The position numbers and the translations under genes were made by a program. A stretch of 64,000 nucleotides of DNA from an uncultured Eggerthellaceae bacterium (GTDB taxonomy: Bacteria; Actinomycetota; Coriobacteriia; Coriobacteriales; Eggerthellaceae), in assembly GCA_946625225.1 (NCBI GenBank), contig CAMOTA010000003.1, forward strand, positions 205-64,204. Reading direction: 5' to 3'. The notes below the pieces were generated by a model. That model ran no database searches, was not told the DNA's origin, and saw nothing but the letters and a program-made list of their open reading frames with translations. Below, piece after piece: positions 45,401 to 50,326 of this stretch (positions are counted from its first letter, which is position 1; the number at the start of each line of letters is the position of its first letter).

Positions 45401-47485
45401 TCCATCGGGAATATGAACCACGTCTACATTCGCATAATTATTCAGGTCGTCCTTCAGCAGCTCGATGCTTACCGCAACGTTTGCATTGGGCTGGTATTCC
45501 TGGTCGGTGGCGGGGTCGATCAGGGAAATGTCGAAAGCCTTGGCCATCTGCACGCTTTCGGCAGTCGCGCCCAACGCGGCAGCGCTTTGGGCTACGTAGG
45601 CGTCGTAACCTTCTGCGTCCTCGCGTATCTCGGACACGACGAGCTGCGCGCCATCGGGGATGCCGGCTGTGGCGTCGAAGGTTACGCTTATGCGGTATTC
45701 GTTGCCATCGGAAGCCGTCAGCGTCTGGTCCAGCGTGTGCACGGCCAGCTGCCCCGCGGTCATGCCCGACCAGGCAGCGCGGTAGTCAGCAAGCGCCGAC
45801 GAGCTTTTCGCGCCATCCGACTCGCCTTGTTCGACGCGTCCGCCCAGGGCATACGGATCCCACACCAATGCAATGCCCTCGCCCGACTTCAGCGTTGCGG
45901 GGGCCTTCGTGCCCTGCGAGGCGAACACGCGGTCGCCGAACGCGCCGTCGTTCAGTCGATAGCCTTCCAAGGCGCCCGTCTCTTCCAGGCCGGGGTCGTC
46001 GAAGGGGCTGGCGCTCAGCCACAGCGCAGGTTCGTAGCCGGGGTCGGCTTCGCGCACCTTGGCGAACTCGTCCTTCAGCTCCGACTGCGCCTGAAACGCC
46101 TCGACGATCCAGGCATCGCCTTCGAGCTCTTCGGCAAAGGCGTCGGTTACGTGCACCACGGAGCGCCACGAACCCAACACCGTGATGTCCGCACCACGGC
46201 TCTCCCACGAGATGAGCGGCGTGGCGATGCCTGCCAGCGCGAATTCGCTGAACGTGTCGGTGTAGAAGACCAGCTTCGCGCCGCTTTTCTTGGTGGATTG
46301 GTTGTCGATTCCCAGCGGCTCGTATATGCGCTCGTGCGTGTCGGGGTCGTTCCCTTCGTAGCGCGCGACCTCCAGCGCATCGGTTACCGTCGCGTCGATG
46401 GTGGAGGTTTCGATGGTCACTTCGACCTCGGAAGCGGGCACCACCGACTTGCCATTGCTCTGGATGTCGATTTCCAGGAAGCTGGTATGGAACAGGTATT
46501 CATCGTCGCGCACTTCGAAATCGTCTGCCAACGCCTTCGTGCGCGCATTCATCTCGCGCGCGGTCAGGAAATGCTCGGTGTCGAAGGGGCGGTTCTTGAA
46601 CTTCTGGCTTTTGGGATCGTAGCCTTCAGGCGTGCGGATGGCCTGCACGACCGAAAGCTCGGCGTCGTCGGGAATGCCCGCCTGCTCGTCGAAGGCAACG
46701 GAAACGACGATGCTTTTGCCTTCGGCGGTTTTGATGGTCTTCTCGATGGTCGTTTTGTCGTCGGATTGCGCGCGCGCTTCCCGGTCGGCCGAACCCGCCG
46801 GAGCGGACGCGGCGCTGCGCGCCGAGCCAGCCGACGCGGCAGACGAACTGCTCGCCCCGGCGGCGCCGTGCGATGCATCGGCTTCGGCTTCTGCGTCTTC
46901 GCCAGCAGCGTTTGCGTGTTTTGCTTCGGCCGTGCCGTCGGCTTCGCTTGCCGGCTCCTGCGCATAGGCCAGCCCGTCGGCAAGCGCCGATGGGCTCTGC
47001 CGCTCGGAAACTGCATTGTCGGTGGTGCGAGCGTTGCCCTCCTGCGCGACGGCAACAGGAGCTTGGCTCGTGGGGGCGTTGGCGTCCAGCGCGGCGCGGG
47101 TGGCAATGCCGCCGCCATTGGGCAGCGCCGACGTGGCCTGAGGCGCCGCGGCAGCGCCCGTCCGTGCGTCCCATTCGTTGTTTGCAGTGCTGACCTGCTG
47201 CAACACGGAATTGGCGAAGATGCCCGTTCCCGTTGCAAGCGGTACGATGCCCATGGCGAACAGCAAGCCCGTAAGCAGCACGCCCACGACGACCTGAACC
47301 ACCGCGAATCCGCCATAGGTACGCAAGTTTTCCCAGGTGCGCTGCAGCTTTTCTTCTTTTGGTGCGTGTATCATGCTCATCACAACGCTTTCCACCGCCT
47401 GGCTGTCTCGCCCGCTGAACGCGCGTGTGTCGGCAACCGAGACGGTGCAACTTGGTCCCGTCTTCTCACAGACCTCTTCAACCAT
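30425..47485 (-). CDS. Giant (up to 5,686 aa) multi-module surface adhesin with pilin-like N-terminal helix; first gene of the pilus operon
   Basis: Uninterrupted 17,061-nt ORF. M36 (47380) is a better-placed start with GGTGGAAAG upstream. The N-terminus is 'KLQRTWENLRTYGG|FAVVQVVVGVLLTGLLFAMGIVPL' (prepilin-like, Gln instead of Glu at +5). An Ala/Ser-rich linker follows (~46750-47200). Next are two 'ISVxFDxxAGIPDxAxLVV' domains and ~8-10 'GYxFxGW' Listeria-Bacteroides (Flg_new-type) repeats (~42450-45250). There are four beta-helix modules rich in 'GGAI / GGGV(Y/W)' PMP-like repeats (~38000-40025, 34340-37075, 33100-34215, 31440-32465). The protein ends with two SpaA/Cna-B-like domains (~30428-31280). 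It has no C-terminal LPXTG or hydrophobic tail. Sub-domain coordinates are approximate. Confidence 0.85.
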   Translation of the reverse strand: MVEEVCEKTGPSCTVSVADTRAFSGRDSQAVESVVMSMIHAPKEEKLQRTWENLRTYGGFAVVQVVVGVLLTGLLFAMGIVPLATGTGIFANSVLQQVSTANNEWDARTGAAAAPQATSALPNGGGIATRAALDANAPTSQAPVAVAQEGNARTTDNAVSERQSPSALADGLAYAQEPASEADGTAEAKHANAAGEDAEAEADASHGAAGASSSSAASAGSARSAASAPAGSADREARAQSDDKTTIEKTIKTAEGKSIVVSVAFDEQAGIPDDAELSVVQAIRTPEGYDPKSQKFKNRPFDTEHFLTAREMNARTKALADDFEVRDDEYLFHTSFLEIDIQSNGKSVVPASEVEVTIETSTIDATVTDALEVARYEGNDPDTHERIYEPLGIDNQSTKKSGAKLVFYTDTFSEFALAGIATPLISWESRGADITVLGSWRSVVHVTDAFAEELEGDAWIVEAFQAQSELKDEFAKVREADPGYEPALWLSASPFDDPGLEETGALEGYRLNDGAFGDRVFASQGTKAPATLKSGEGIALVWDPYALGGRVEQGESDGAKSSSALADYRAAWSGMTAGQLAVHTLDQTLTASDGNEYRISVTFDATAGIPDGAQLVVSEIREDAEGYDAYVAQSAAALGATAESVQMAKAFDISLIDPATDQEYQPNANVAVSIELLKDDLNNYANVDVVHIPDGAGEDARVMDATVRGESVDFETDGFSVYVLIGSDGQTVTPQSTYTFWIPNEDAPGTYKEYSFTDSQGRTVFKQTITSGEELIVPQLASTDTEVFAGWYKGSTIGGSLTLDDEPYNFDSITITENSAVDLYAVYKSYATVIFHDQYDSDSKTFPVAYTRRAELVTAGEGESATTSATVNISDLSTTYTSSGGAKMAFFGWSETPITTPGAAKDDEGNDVAAIFADAEGCITVSGEKHLYPIFREVHRLSYYAAQSGKGADYVPPADYFAGDAIPVPLPTTAMDGFTFGGWYTGTLATTTEGSSTVETVNYGAQITNADGSLVSSADDAGAYISAGKLYLRADTTLYAYWTAATTADYQVVVWRQNPSDADGLEDENKTYSYAESAILTGTIGASASVPAEYTQRSYEGYSYSRCDDAKSITADGGLVLNVYYDKNSGYVPSGSYTLTFVDSVTEAGKTSESLPVNYPDISYDASIADKIPEEPTSGRSGYVFSNWYLDQACTIPANLSKMPDHDLTVYAGWETGWYMVTIDPNYGALYAEENGAGTGATWFWSSFEGEPIGEYTHVTRDYVESSSGTWYFVDHSGDGKGGSNGWADRHTYYTQNPALATEDTTFEYAPGVYTYAGWYEVYLDADGNEIGEAAEPYDFSQHTDHNTKLRLHWKKEGAYYLAYDAGDGTLEDGTKSALLPEGYADYAEVALAQSAIAPAGYAFVGWQVRGDDSATVYAPGQTFTLHADDAKRVSGKDVVYLDAVYAKVGTAAIVYNANGGTVAENDVNFGKAPDSATDEWNAASGTVDATAGTATVSGLVNNSKFKLSDGTGFSAPSGSNATFLGWSDKAVCDDSATYYSNEGDVIYGVSEATTLYAVWGAQVTYNLNSADANWGDEAWDTAVYTRTGDAYSQTANLGTTISEPDKVPVYAGEDGRLFRYWATRTATGDEANPYSYTEYDFSQQVTGALDLYAYWGEANTVPVHAVDASAADLEDKTGADGWNVTDVTVSATETALNGASHVTTPSGDYEFAFVAVASDLDSIFEDNAVTAIKYENKKIQVQYAGESTFSVLDEGEELYFVYYQKKALNIGYKSMASSGVLENATTSEAPTATDALLGEYNMSSQLTAPLDLASGFTNYAFAIGSVDAGGETQMNASNLSLITNAVGPSDPVPTLRVRNAWRGFEYATEAGDNAVWTSCGYAPQLYVVYYSQQPTVVMFDEKTVGTGAVMDTPFTFDLLVTEATTTTVSVQAQTKNDSGEWEDSGDPTETTTTGTPETIFDTAAEGNQPYILKNGEANSSILFYSETISRTEGEDNGGNTREVTTTTTVTAQTARITQTANDAFTTAINGAEQESEPYRYTYTATGSGGTQNVAFTNTHKALPVEVHVAMVENDGTNGGIIQRDTALRNATEANYKFDLALGTSETLLAKLPAVAYSTTEGEGDEAHQVEHEGVFRGDTNTYAFGAVMSGTGSEGSAITVGSTEVVSIAYAQVEGDVYELVLKDGDGNTISELGDSQLYYIYYPMPRIRYVKETADGTLTDITGCLENSTTGSIEESNSVTYSHALLTMNGKTVAQNENFEIPLSGFAISQNGNNFRMPPVLDDGLSERYLSYVKIGAGNAGAENSSELDTSDALTMQLSVQNNTLQYSFDGATWKDLPLSGTPTIYAIYTERGYDFQISKTVDTSESGENAIFSESSFTATISSTAITKESYAADGAESATVTATPANGTEPGTITFTVTDGTKIRIKGLGKGEYTIAESGNENYTLAARTGSIVESSTSPMSVTDNTSVSFTLDSEKKVDLTNSPKAICRIDDHYFYTLRSMVDYVENEIASKTATAEMLTDYLMPAADTVEIPNGCNITLTTAESVGHVAVITRTAELADVPLFTNNGTLTITNVTLEGSSVEATSPVIRSAGDLTIGSGAMIQNAVGGGAINATAGDIAIGGIIQNCSAPEGGAIYHSGNSAITLSGTGTIQSNTATSGDGGAIWLAGGTVKVSGTSRITGNKAESGNGGAVRCSGTVVIEVDQGGSITGNTAMEGGAIYAETGTISISETAEGVKPAVTGNTATTGNGGAIRVDTGSVTVSGGSVSNNNAASGNGGAVYSNAARVAISDTAEIRSNTAKEGGAVYAASGAVEVSGGTVDNNTASTGSGGAIHAGTGTVTVSGGSLSGNTAAAGSGGAIHAGAGTVTVSGGSLSGNTANADGGAINAIGGTVTVAAHAEGNSESEGQIIAPIIAGNTATTGNGGAICAGTGAVSITGTTLAGNSAGANGGAVYANTGAVTATNSTFGGTAEDAGNIAGTSGGAIYAGSGNVAVSGGSMTGNTATAGDGGALYVGSGAATVSGYTESGATTYTQLTNNSAASGNGGAVFLNSGSLALTSVTATGNNAINGAAVFANTGRVNVSAGSYTGNTATDGGAVGVGGENTRLYFTGDAQITGNKLGTADDAPQSNVYLDQDSDAIINIDTLGGNADIGIYVPDAVVPTRSVPGARFAVYTSNSNAAKVKNDRYSSLTVQSDTAAKKLYWGNGVRIEVMYLASYASGLPNGTSAGRGTTVADVGMFYPTINGEGEVALSELASDVYTKSSAVRNGLSSHKNATFGAAFYYDAPDYSYDISKLVWNTTAEKWQVEMRNGQTADLPGRIYIIYSEPGYVSIENNTEEQLRISDLRMTVNGTEVSVLNSAESTGYGMVFAKNGAIRTALLPIAADDLTLAARQSVNLLIPGGQNMAYKLDGSFETTTGGSVRLRRGAEASLIEETVIVASDGSFDQLTGTTLTGAGTYNIIFGDNKIICKVVDADGVEHPYGKISDAIADIVATTGANPPYALATAKKAAIQMVTDYLLPASDVVNIPKGYDITITTAAKEVGLYPYIGEADRAILSRDSENTNSMITSEAGDADSKLALRNLIIDGKSVRGNSAGGAVSISYFAVEVDTVDFVNVYAQNGGALYIDDHFGSNSNTARANSVLTVMGCTFSNCNSTMQSGSRIGGGAIHFYGDQLTVTDCTFENCNGGDQAGALFHRIDGNYNSWTTISGCSFTNCSAKAAGGMELDSKYIDVSDCTFEHCVATERNGGGFNAFMTNNANPGTGTNCTITLTNCSFNDCQAYAQNGGGFRSTAVYTTVNNCTFTNTSGNFGGGIAMSNTNALRGEVYGCTFDRCTATGQGGGVGSNAKELIIGDYTYTDDEGREQTVHTTISNCTSSNEGGGVYHGRDVDGSSIAITNATISANQTKNSSKSGGGVWTNARTAAIDGSTITDNTCTNAGGGVYAYSYTSLDIADSDISRNIASGAGGGVWFDANNEANRNIQVLTVKGSTIDGNTSGGAGGGVYTLAKTVTVGASETKADSSGNMARSSISDNTAKTNGGGVYQRRNVDGSSLVIANADIKGNTANNTNTGTDQGGGGIFAGVRTLTVTDSTVSNNTAKSNGGGILFEINSDNARNAMNLTVTGSTLDNNTSDANGGGIYTRAKTVAIQASGSGDDAVPTTISNCTAKWSGGGIYQNRNAASSALTVTGSTISGCVSNDASTDNNPPRGGGGIFAYVQTLTVTDSTISNNRAVRNGGGINAPWDGADYALIIDSSKVTGNTSNYRGGGVFTRSQLTLRNGTEITGNRLTTNTAADCAGVYLNNNRTLFVGPSDAEEGFTDTVIVRGNTTANSTLSDLRLWDNGTQNNAASVYVYCNLSNESEIRVVNANKVGTQFGTSQFASPHGFADDFAVFKADASTLHGIIDRTDESGTKIIWAGPPIAKITDGNGNLLYLKTQTLEDGTTKGSSPAIFDRLGTGKVNNVFNGYSSAAAFNMLCTTNTPELYTADGVLYVGDSYAIKMLENYVTPADMNVVYVESRTITFTTAGKGDTDGYPYVGAGTRATVTRGSDVDSGRTLLNAKGNLILEGIVIDGGAENGITPNGSTRCMWVEHDNCTVILGENAMLQNGNTTGDGGGVNIAKGTFSIQGGVIRNCSGKDGGAIYNKSAKPLTFTAGSIYQCTASGKGGAVYNPGTNNSGGFTMAGGTISGCTAAQGGGVYVVNNKGIPFTMTGGSIINNSATTRGGGIAIEGANSRLYFSGKVNISGNTATKDGQSVACNVELDQSSKAVINTNNGGLYAGSYIGVYVPGDEDTNPYKDYGGERDNFGTFATNDNTSTFYSFVNDRNGLKGGIIENPDPNTIYWIQIFSLEVRKEVVSGNSTSADGNEAFLFKVNIRGDATVAGQLNAAQIDSDDGEYGEMHFDSNGSETTTAVFSLKAGESISGVNLSEGLTYEVIEYLTVDQAKRYAAMPMNGYSSATEKLTFDGVEYTVVKANTYTSTIGENKSRTDVDPYTSSLTFTNLMPVCKITDMSGNLLYRKYDWNKATNKEGEGPDGGSSTRQPNYYAPAVYTELIGDNGAFNALEGTLYTSNGSNPSSYAVSNGVQIQMLIGDYSLEEAVEASESKVTLTTASAGDALFPKQDAGTTSTIRRAFADGSMFNVTGDLTFASIILDGAKGSYTVSASGGIANVPSGGKLTIQDGATLQNSKIGESHNGGAVHVANGGTVTMTGGVVARNESDGNGAGIYLEEGGLATITGGTINRNESDGDGAGVYLAEGSTLNLSGNPSFGGTGRDVSGNITTTNGNFKSGDLVAQKNGGKAYSKARQDIYIAESQDAPASVVLTGNLSVDAGSIWVWAETENHYAMMKPFATIASGAVNGATYAAFRNARPDSLTNCGEDNYLSGSSGENASFIYWAGGFDVSFKKVDGFGTAMPGATFTLYADSACTAALKQGGEDAAAVSADGTATYKDRTGASLDEGIVLFEQIPAGVYYMKETDTPDGYVNALTKDESGNPVSNVYIVLVGDAALQGAGSGVLEGITQEQVAAQTGTGGDKKDAAVFLIDPSTGKAVATPDIAKYGIMNISTVERKAILKKVGDASAPLEGAVFEILRHDHTLVSGTDISGATTTSFTSGASGVYFIGMLPYGTYYLRETTIPSGYRQVSSGDDGNWFTLTVSESGVGYMTDDSNTINTLNPETTAPE
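38841..39002. repeat. 81-bp tandem duplication inside the giant ORF (27-aa unit 'GSGGAIHAGxGTVTVSGGSLSGNTAxA')
   Basis: Units 38841-38921 and 38922-39002 are ~93% identical. They sit within a longer degenerate repeat tract. Confidence 0.85.
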
Positions 47486-47754
47486 AGAATTTTATCACTT
47501 TTATCAGGGCTTTAAAGGCTTCCACACCTCTGTTGACGTAATGCAAAGTTGCCCGTCGAGACCAGGGGATCCCCACATTGCGGTCGCATGAAGGCGAACG
47601 CCGGCCGCTCGGTGCAAATTCGCCACAATTGCTGGTGTTTTCAAGCCTTTCGACCACATCATTTGGGACAATAGTGCACACCCAAAGACAACCCGGCATA
47701 CCCGCCGGCCCAAGCTGCGCACATTTCGGGCACGAAGTCCCATCTTTTGCGAAT

Positions 47755-47810
47755 GGGAATTTTTTCGCTTTATTTACCACTATTTTTACTTTATTTACAA
47801 ACTTTCCCCC
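47755..47810 (-). promoter_or_regulatory. AT-rich patch with two CTTTATTTAC direct repeats spaced 21 bp apart; candidate promoter/operator for the giant-adhesin operon
   Basis: The repeats are at 47768-47777 and 47789-47798. The minus strand reads TTGTAA-N18-TAAATA. This is the only strongly AT-rich stretch in the 490-bp divergent intergenic region. No experimental support. Confidence 0.3.
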
Positions 47811-47821
47811 GACATGCCAAA

Positions 47822-47850
47822 GTGTCAAGGGGACGTTTCTCTTGACACAC
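47822..47850 (+). repeat. REP-like element variant (GTGTCAAGGGGACGTTTCTCTTGACACAC)
   Basis: Direct reading. Confidence 0.8.
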
Positions 47851-47974
47851 CACATGGGTGTCGGGAAAGCGGCAAACCGATTGCTGCGCGATATAATGAT
47901 AGAGCGATTGAATTGCTTGCACTGGCAGCCCGGATAATGCATTTGCCGATTTGGAATGAAAAGAGGGGGGTTCG

Positions 47975-50173
47975 ATGGCGAATCTTAGTTGGAATGAGAC
48001 TGTCAAACACTGCGTAGCGTTTTCGGCAATCGTCATCCTGGCGATCCTGTGCATGGGGACGGCGTCGCCCGCATTGGCCTACGCCGAAACAGCCGATGAG
48101 CCCGCGGCGGTAACGCCGCTCACGCTGGGCACCCAGGCGGCGCCCGAAAGCTACACCTACGAGGTGCACCCCATCCTTGCGCCCTTCAACCGGACGATTT
48201 ACGTGAAAACGAACAACCCCGACCCGTACAGCTTCCGCTTGGTGGACCCGACAAGCACGCTCGCCAACGCCGACCCTGCACTCAGCGAATTCAGCAGAAC
48301 CTACCAACTGCTCGAAATGCGCTTTCTGGATGTGAAATACGAGAACGCTTCCACATACCGCGTACCCGGCGGATACATCTTCCGGAACAACAAGTGCGGC
48401 TCCGATGGCGGCTCGCTCACGCTCAAGAAGCAGGTCAACGGCTCGTGGGTGAACACCTCGGTGAAAGTGGCCTGCCCGAAGCTTACGAATACCGACCATT
48501 ACCTTATGGATAACTACGCCGCATCGGCCTCGGGGACCCTTGAGAAGGTCCGGGCGATACAGCATGCGCTCGACGAGCTTGCCGTGTATCCGCGTGCGGT
48601 TTACGACATGGACAAGCCCAACCCGGAACACCCCTATCCGCTCTTTTCAACGTCGCCCTACAAGGAAGTTGGCTTGCACGACCAATATCCCATGTATCTG
48701 ACTAGCGATCAGGATCTTCTCATACGGGAAGTCTATCCCTTCCAGCTCACATCGGAGAGCTTCCCCGACACCATTGCACGACTTGCCCAGCAAATCGACC
48801 CCTCGTGCTCCGTATCCCGCGATCCCTACGAGCACTGGATGCGCACTATCGTCATCGGTGGTAAAGCCTACTCTTTCGGCGGAGCGGGCGAGGGCGGAGC
48901 CGGACGCATATTCAGCAAGTTCGCAACCGTCGATTTCCGCTTCGACGGCTCGGCGGGCGATTGGGGCACATCGCTTTCCATGGAGGATGCGCGTAATCGC
49001 TATATGCGCTACCTCAAGGATTCAAACGAAGCGCTTTCGCCTTTCCGCGATCAGCTGACAGGCGAGGGGCTTACAAAAGCCATCAGTTCGGGAAGCTGGA
49101 TTCTCGTCTATTCGGAATCCGGCGGTCAGCCGGGGGTGCGCCTCGCGTATATGACGCGGCATTATCTGAGCACGCCTTCTGCCGTGTCCGACCATTGGGT
49201 GGACGGGCGCTATGTGAATTACAACGAGCGCCTGGAACCCGGCGCGCGGCTGGAAGACCATATGGATGCGAATCTGACGTTTCGCGACGTGGAGTTCATC
49301 GACAAGAATGGAAACCCTTTCATAGGCGATTTGACATATTGGTCGCCGAACGGCGATGGCAATTGGGAGATAGCCTGGCCGACAGAAATAACGGTGAAGG
49401 ATTCGGCAGCATATCCGGAAACCCTGACGTATGCGCAGGCAAAGCGGATGGGCGTCGATGCCAACACGAACACCGTGCCCGATGCCGGCCTTATCTACGA
49501 TGGCAGCGAGCCGCCGGGCACGCCGTTTTCCACGGTGCATGTGACGGGCATATCCGTTGCGAAGGCCACTATTACCACCAGCGAGGGACGTGGGGTCTGG
49601 CTTGATGCGAAGACGACGCCGAGCAATGCCACCTTCCCCGATGTCACGTGGTCCTCGAGCGACGAAAGCGTGTGCACCGTGAGCGGGAATTCGCTGACTG
49701 CGGTCAAGGAGGGTACGGCGGTTCTGACGGCCACCGCAGTCGATGGCGGCCTTACGGCGACATGCACGGTGAAGGTCGAGAAGCGCCGCCCTTCGTATTG
49801 GGATGATGACTACGACGAATACATCAGCGGCAGCGACGATGCAAAGGCCAAGAAGAAGGCGAACCCCATGGTCGTGAAAGCCAAGAAAAAGGTACTCGTC
49901 GTAAGCCGCGCGAAGCTGAAGGCCAAAAAGTTGGTCATCGCCAAGAAGAAGGCCTTCCGGATATCGAAGGCGAAGGGTGAAGTAGCCTTCAAGGTTGCCA
50001 AATACGATAAGAAAGCCAAGAAGCGCATCTATGTAACAAAAGCCGGCAAGCTTGTGGTCAAGCGAGGCCTTGCGCGCGGCATCTATACGCTGAAAGTGAA
50101 AGTCCGCGCAACAGGCAATGCCCAATACGCCACAAAAGCGAAAATCGTGAAGCTGAAAGTGCGCGTCAAATAG
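47975..50173 (+). CDS. Secreted protein with Big_2 (bacterial Ig-like) domain and Lys-rich C-terminal domain
   Basis: 732 aa. The signal peptide is 'AFSAIVILAILCMGTASPALA|YA'. The Big_2-like segment is 'VTGISVAKATITTSEG...VTWSSSDESVCTVSGNSLTAVKEGTAVLTATAVDGGLTATCTVKV'. The C-terminal ~110 aa are extremely Lys-rich with alternating hydrophobic residues. The RBS is GAGGGGGG and a TATAAT lies at 47892-47897. Confidence 0.8.
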   Translation: MANLSWNETVKHCVAFSAIVILAILCMGTASPALAYAETADEPAAVTPLTLGTQAAPESYTYEVHPILAPFNRTIYVKTNNPDPYSFRLVDPTSTLANADPALSEFSRTYQLLEMRFLDVKYENASTYRVPGGYIFRNNKCGSDGGSLTLKKQVNGSWVNTSVKVACPKLTNTDHYLMDNYAASASGTLEKVRAIQHALDELAVYPRAVYDMDKPNPEHPYPLFSTSPYKEVGLHDQYPMYLTSDQDLLIREVYPFQLTSESFPDTIARLAQQIDPSCSVSRDPYEHWMRTIVIGGKAYSFGGAGEGGAGRIFSKFATVDFRFDGSAGDWGTSLSMEDARNRYMRYLKDSNEALSPFRDQLTGEGLTKAISSGSWILVYSESGGQPGVRLAYMTRHYLSTPSAVSDHWVDGRYVNYNERLEPGARLEDHMDANLTFRDVEFIDKNGNPFIGDLTYWSPNGDGNWEIAWPTEITVKDSAAYPETLTYAQAKRMGVDANTNTVPDAGLIYDGSEPPGTPFSTVHVTGISVAKATITTSEGRGVWLDAKTTPSNATFPDVTWSSSDESVCTVSGNSLTAVKEGTAVLTATAVDGGLTATCTVKVEKRRPSYWDDDYDEYISGSDDAKAKKKANPMVVKAKKKVLVVSRAKLKAKKLVIAKKKAFRISKAKGEVAFKVAKYDKKAKKRIYVTKAGKLVVKRGLARGIYTLKVKVRATGNAQYATKAKIVKLKVRVK

Positions 50174-50186
50174 CTAAAGCGCCCCG

Positions 50187-50226
50187 GTGTGTCAAGTGTG
50201 TCAAGGGGACGTTTCTCTTGACACAC
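50187..50226 (+). repeat. REP-like element with duplicated left arm
   Basis: GTGTGTCAAGTGTGTCAAGGGGACGTTTCTCTTGACACAC, 14 nt after the stop at 50173. Confidence 0.8.
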
Positions 50227-50326
50227 GCCCCTCGTGTTAGCTCGGTGAAACTCCACTGCAATATGACATGTCGGGCGAATCTGGTTTACCATATCTGCTC
50301 GACTGAAAAACGCGAAGGAGCGAACG

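Noticed and set aside
38090-47515. Several long plus-strand ORFs inside the giant gene (38090-40054, 41237-42679, 45413-47515 and others)
   Set aside because: All are antisense to a single uninterrupted 17-kb ORF that has coherent repeat and domain structure. Their translations are Arg/Gly/Ala-rich with no motifs.
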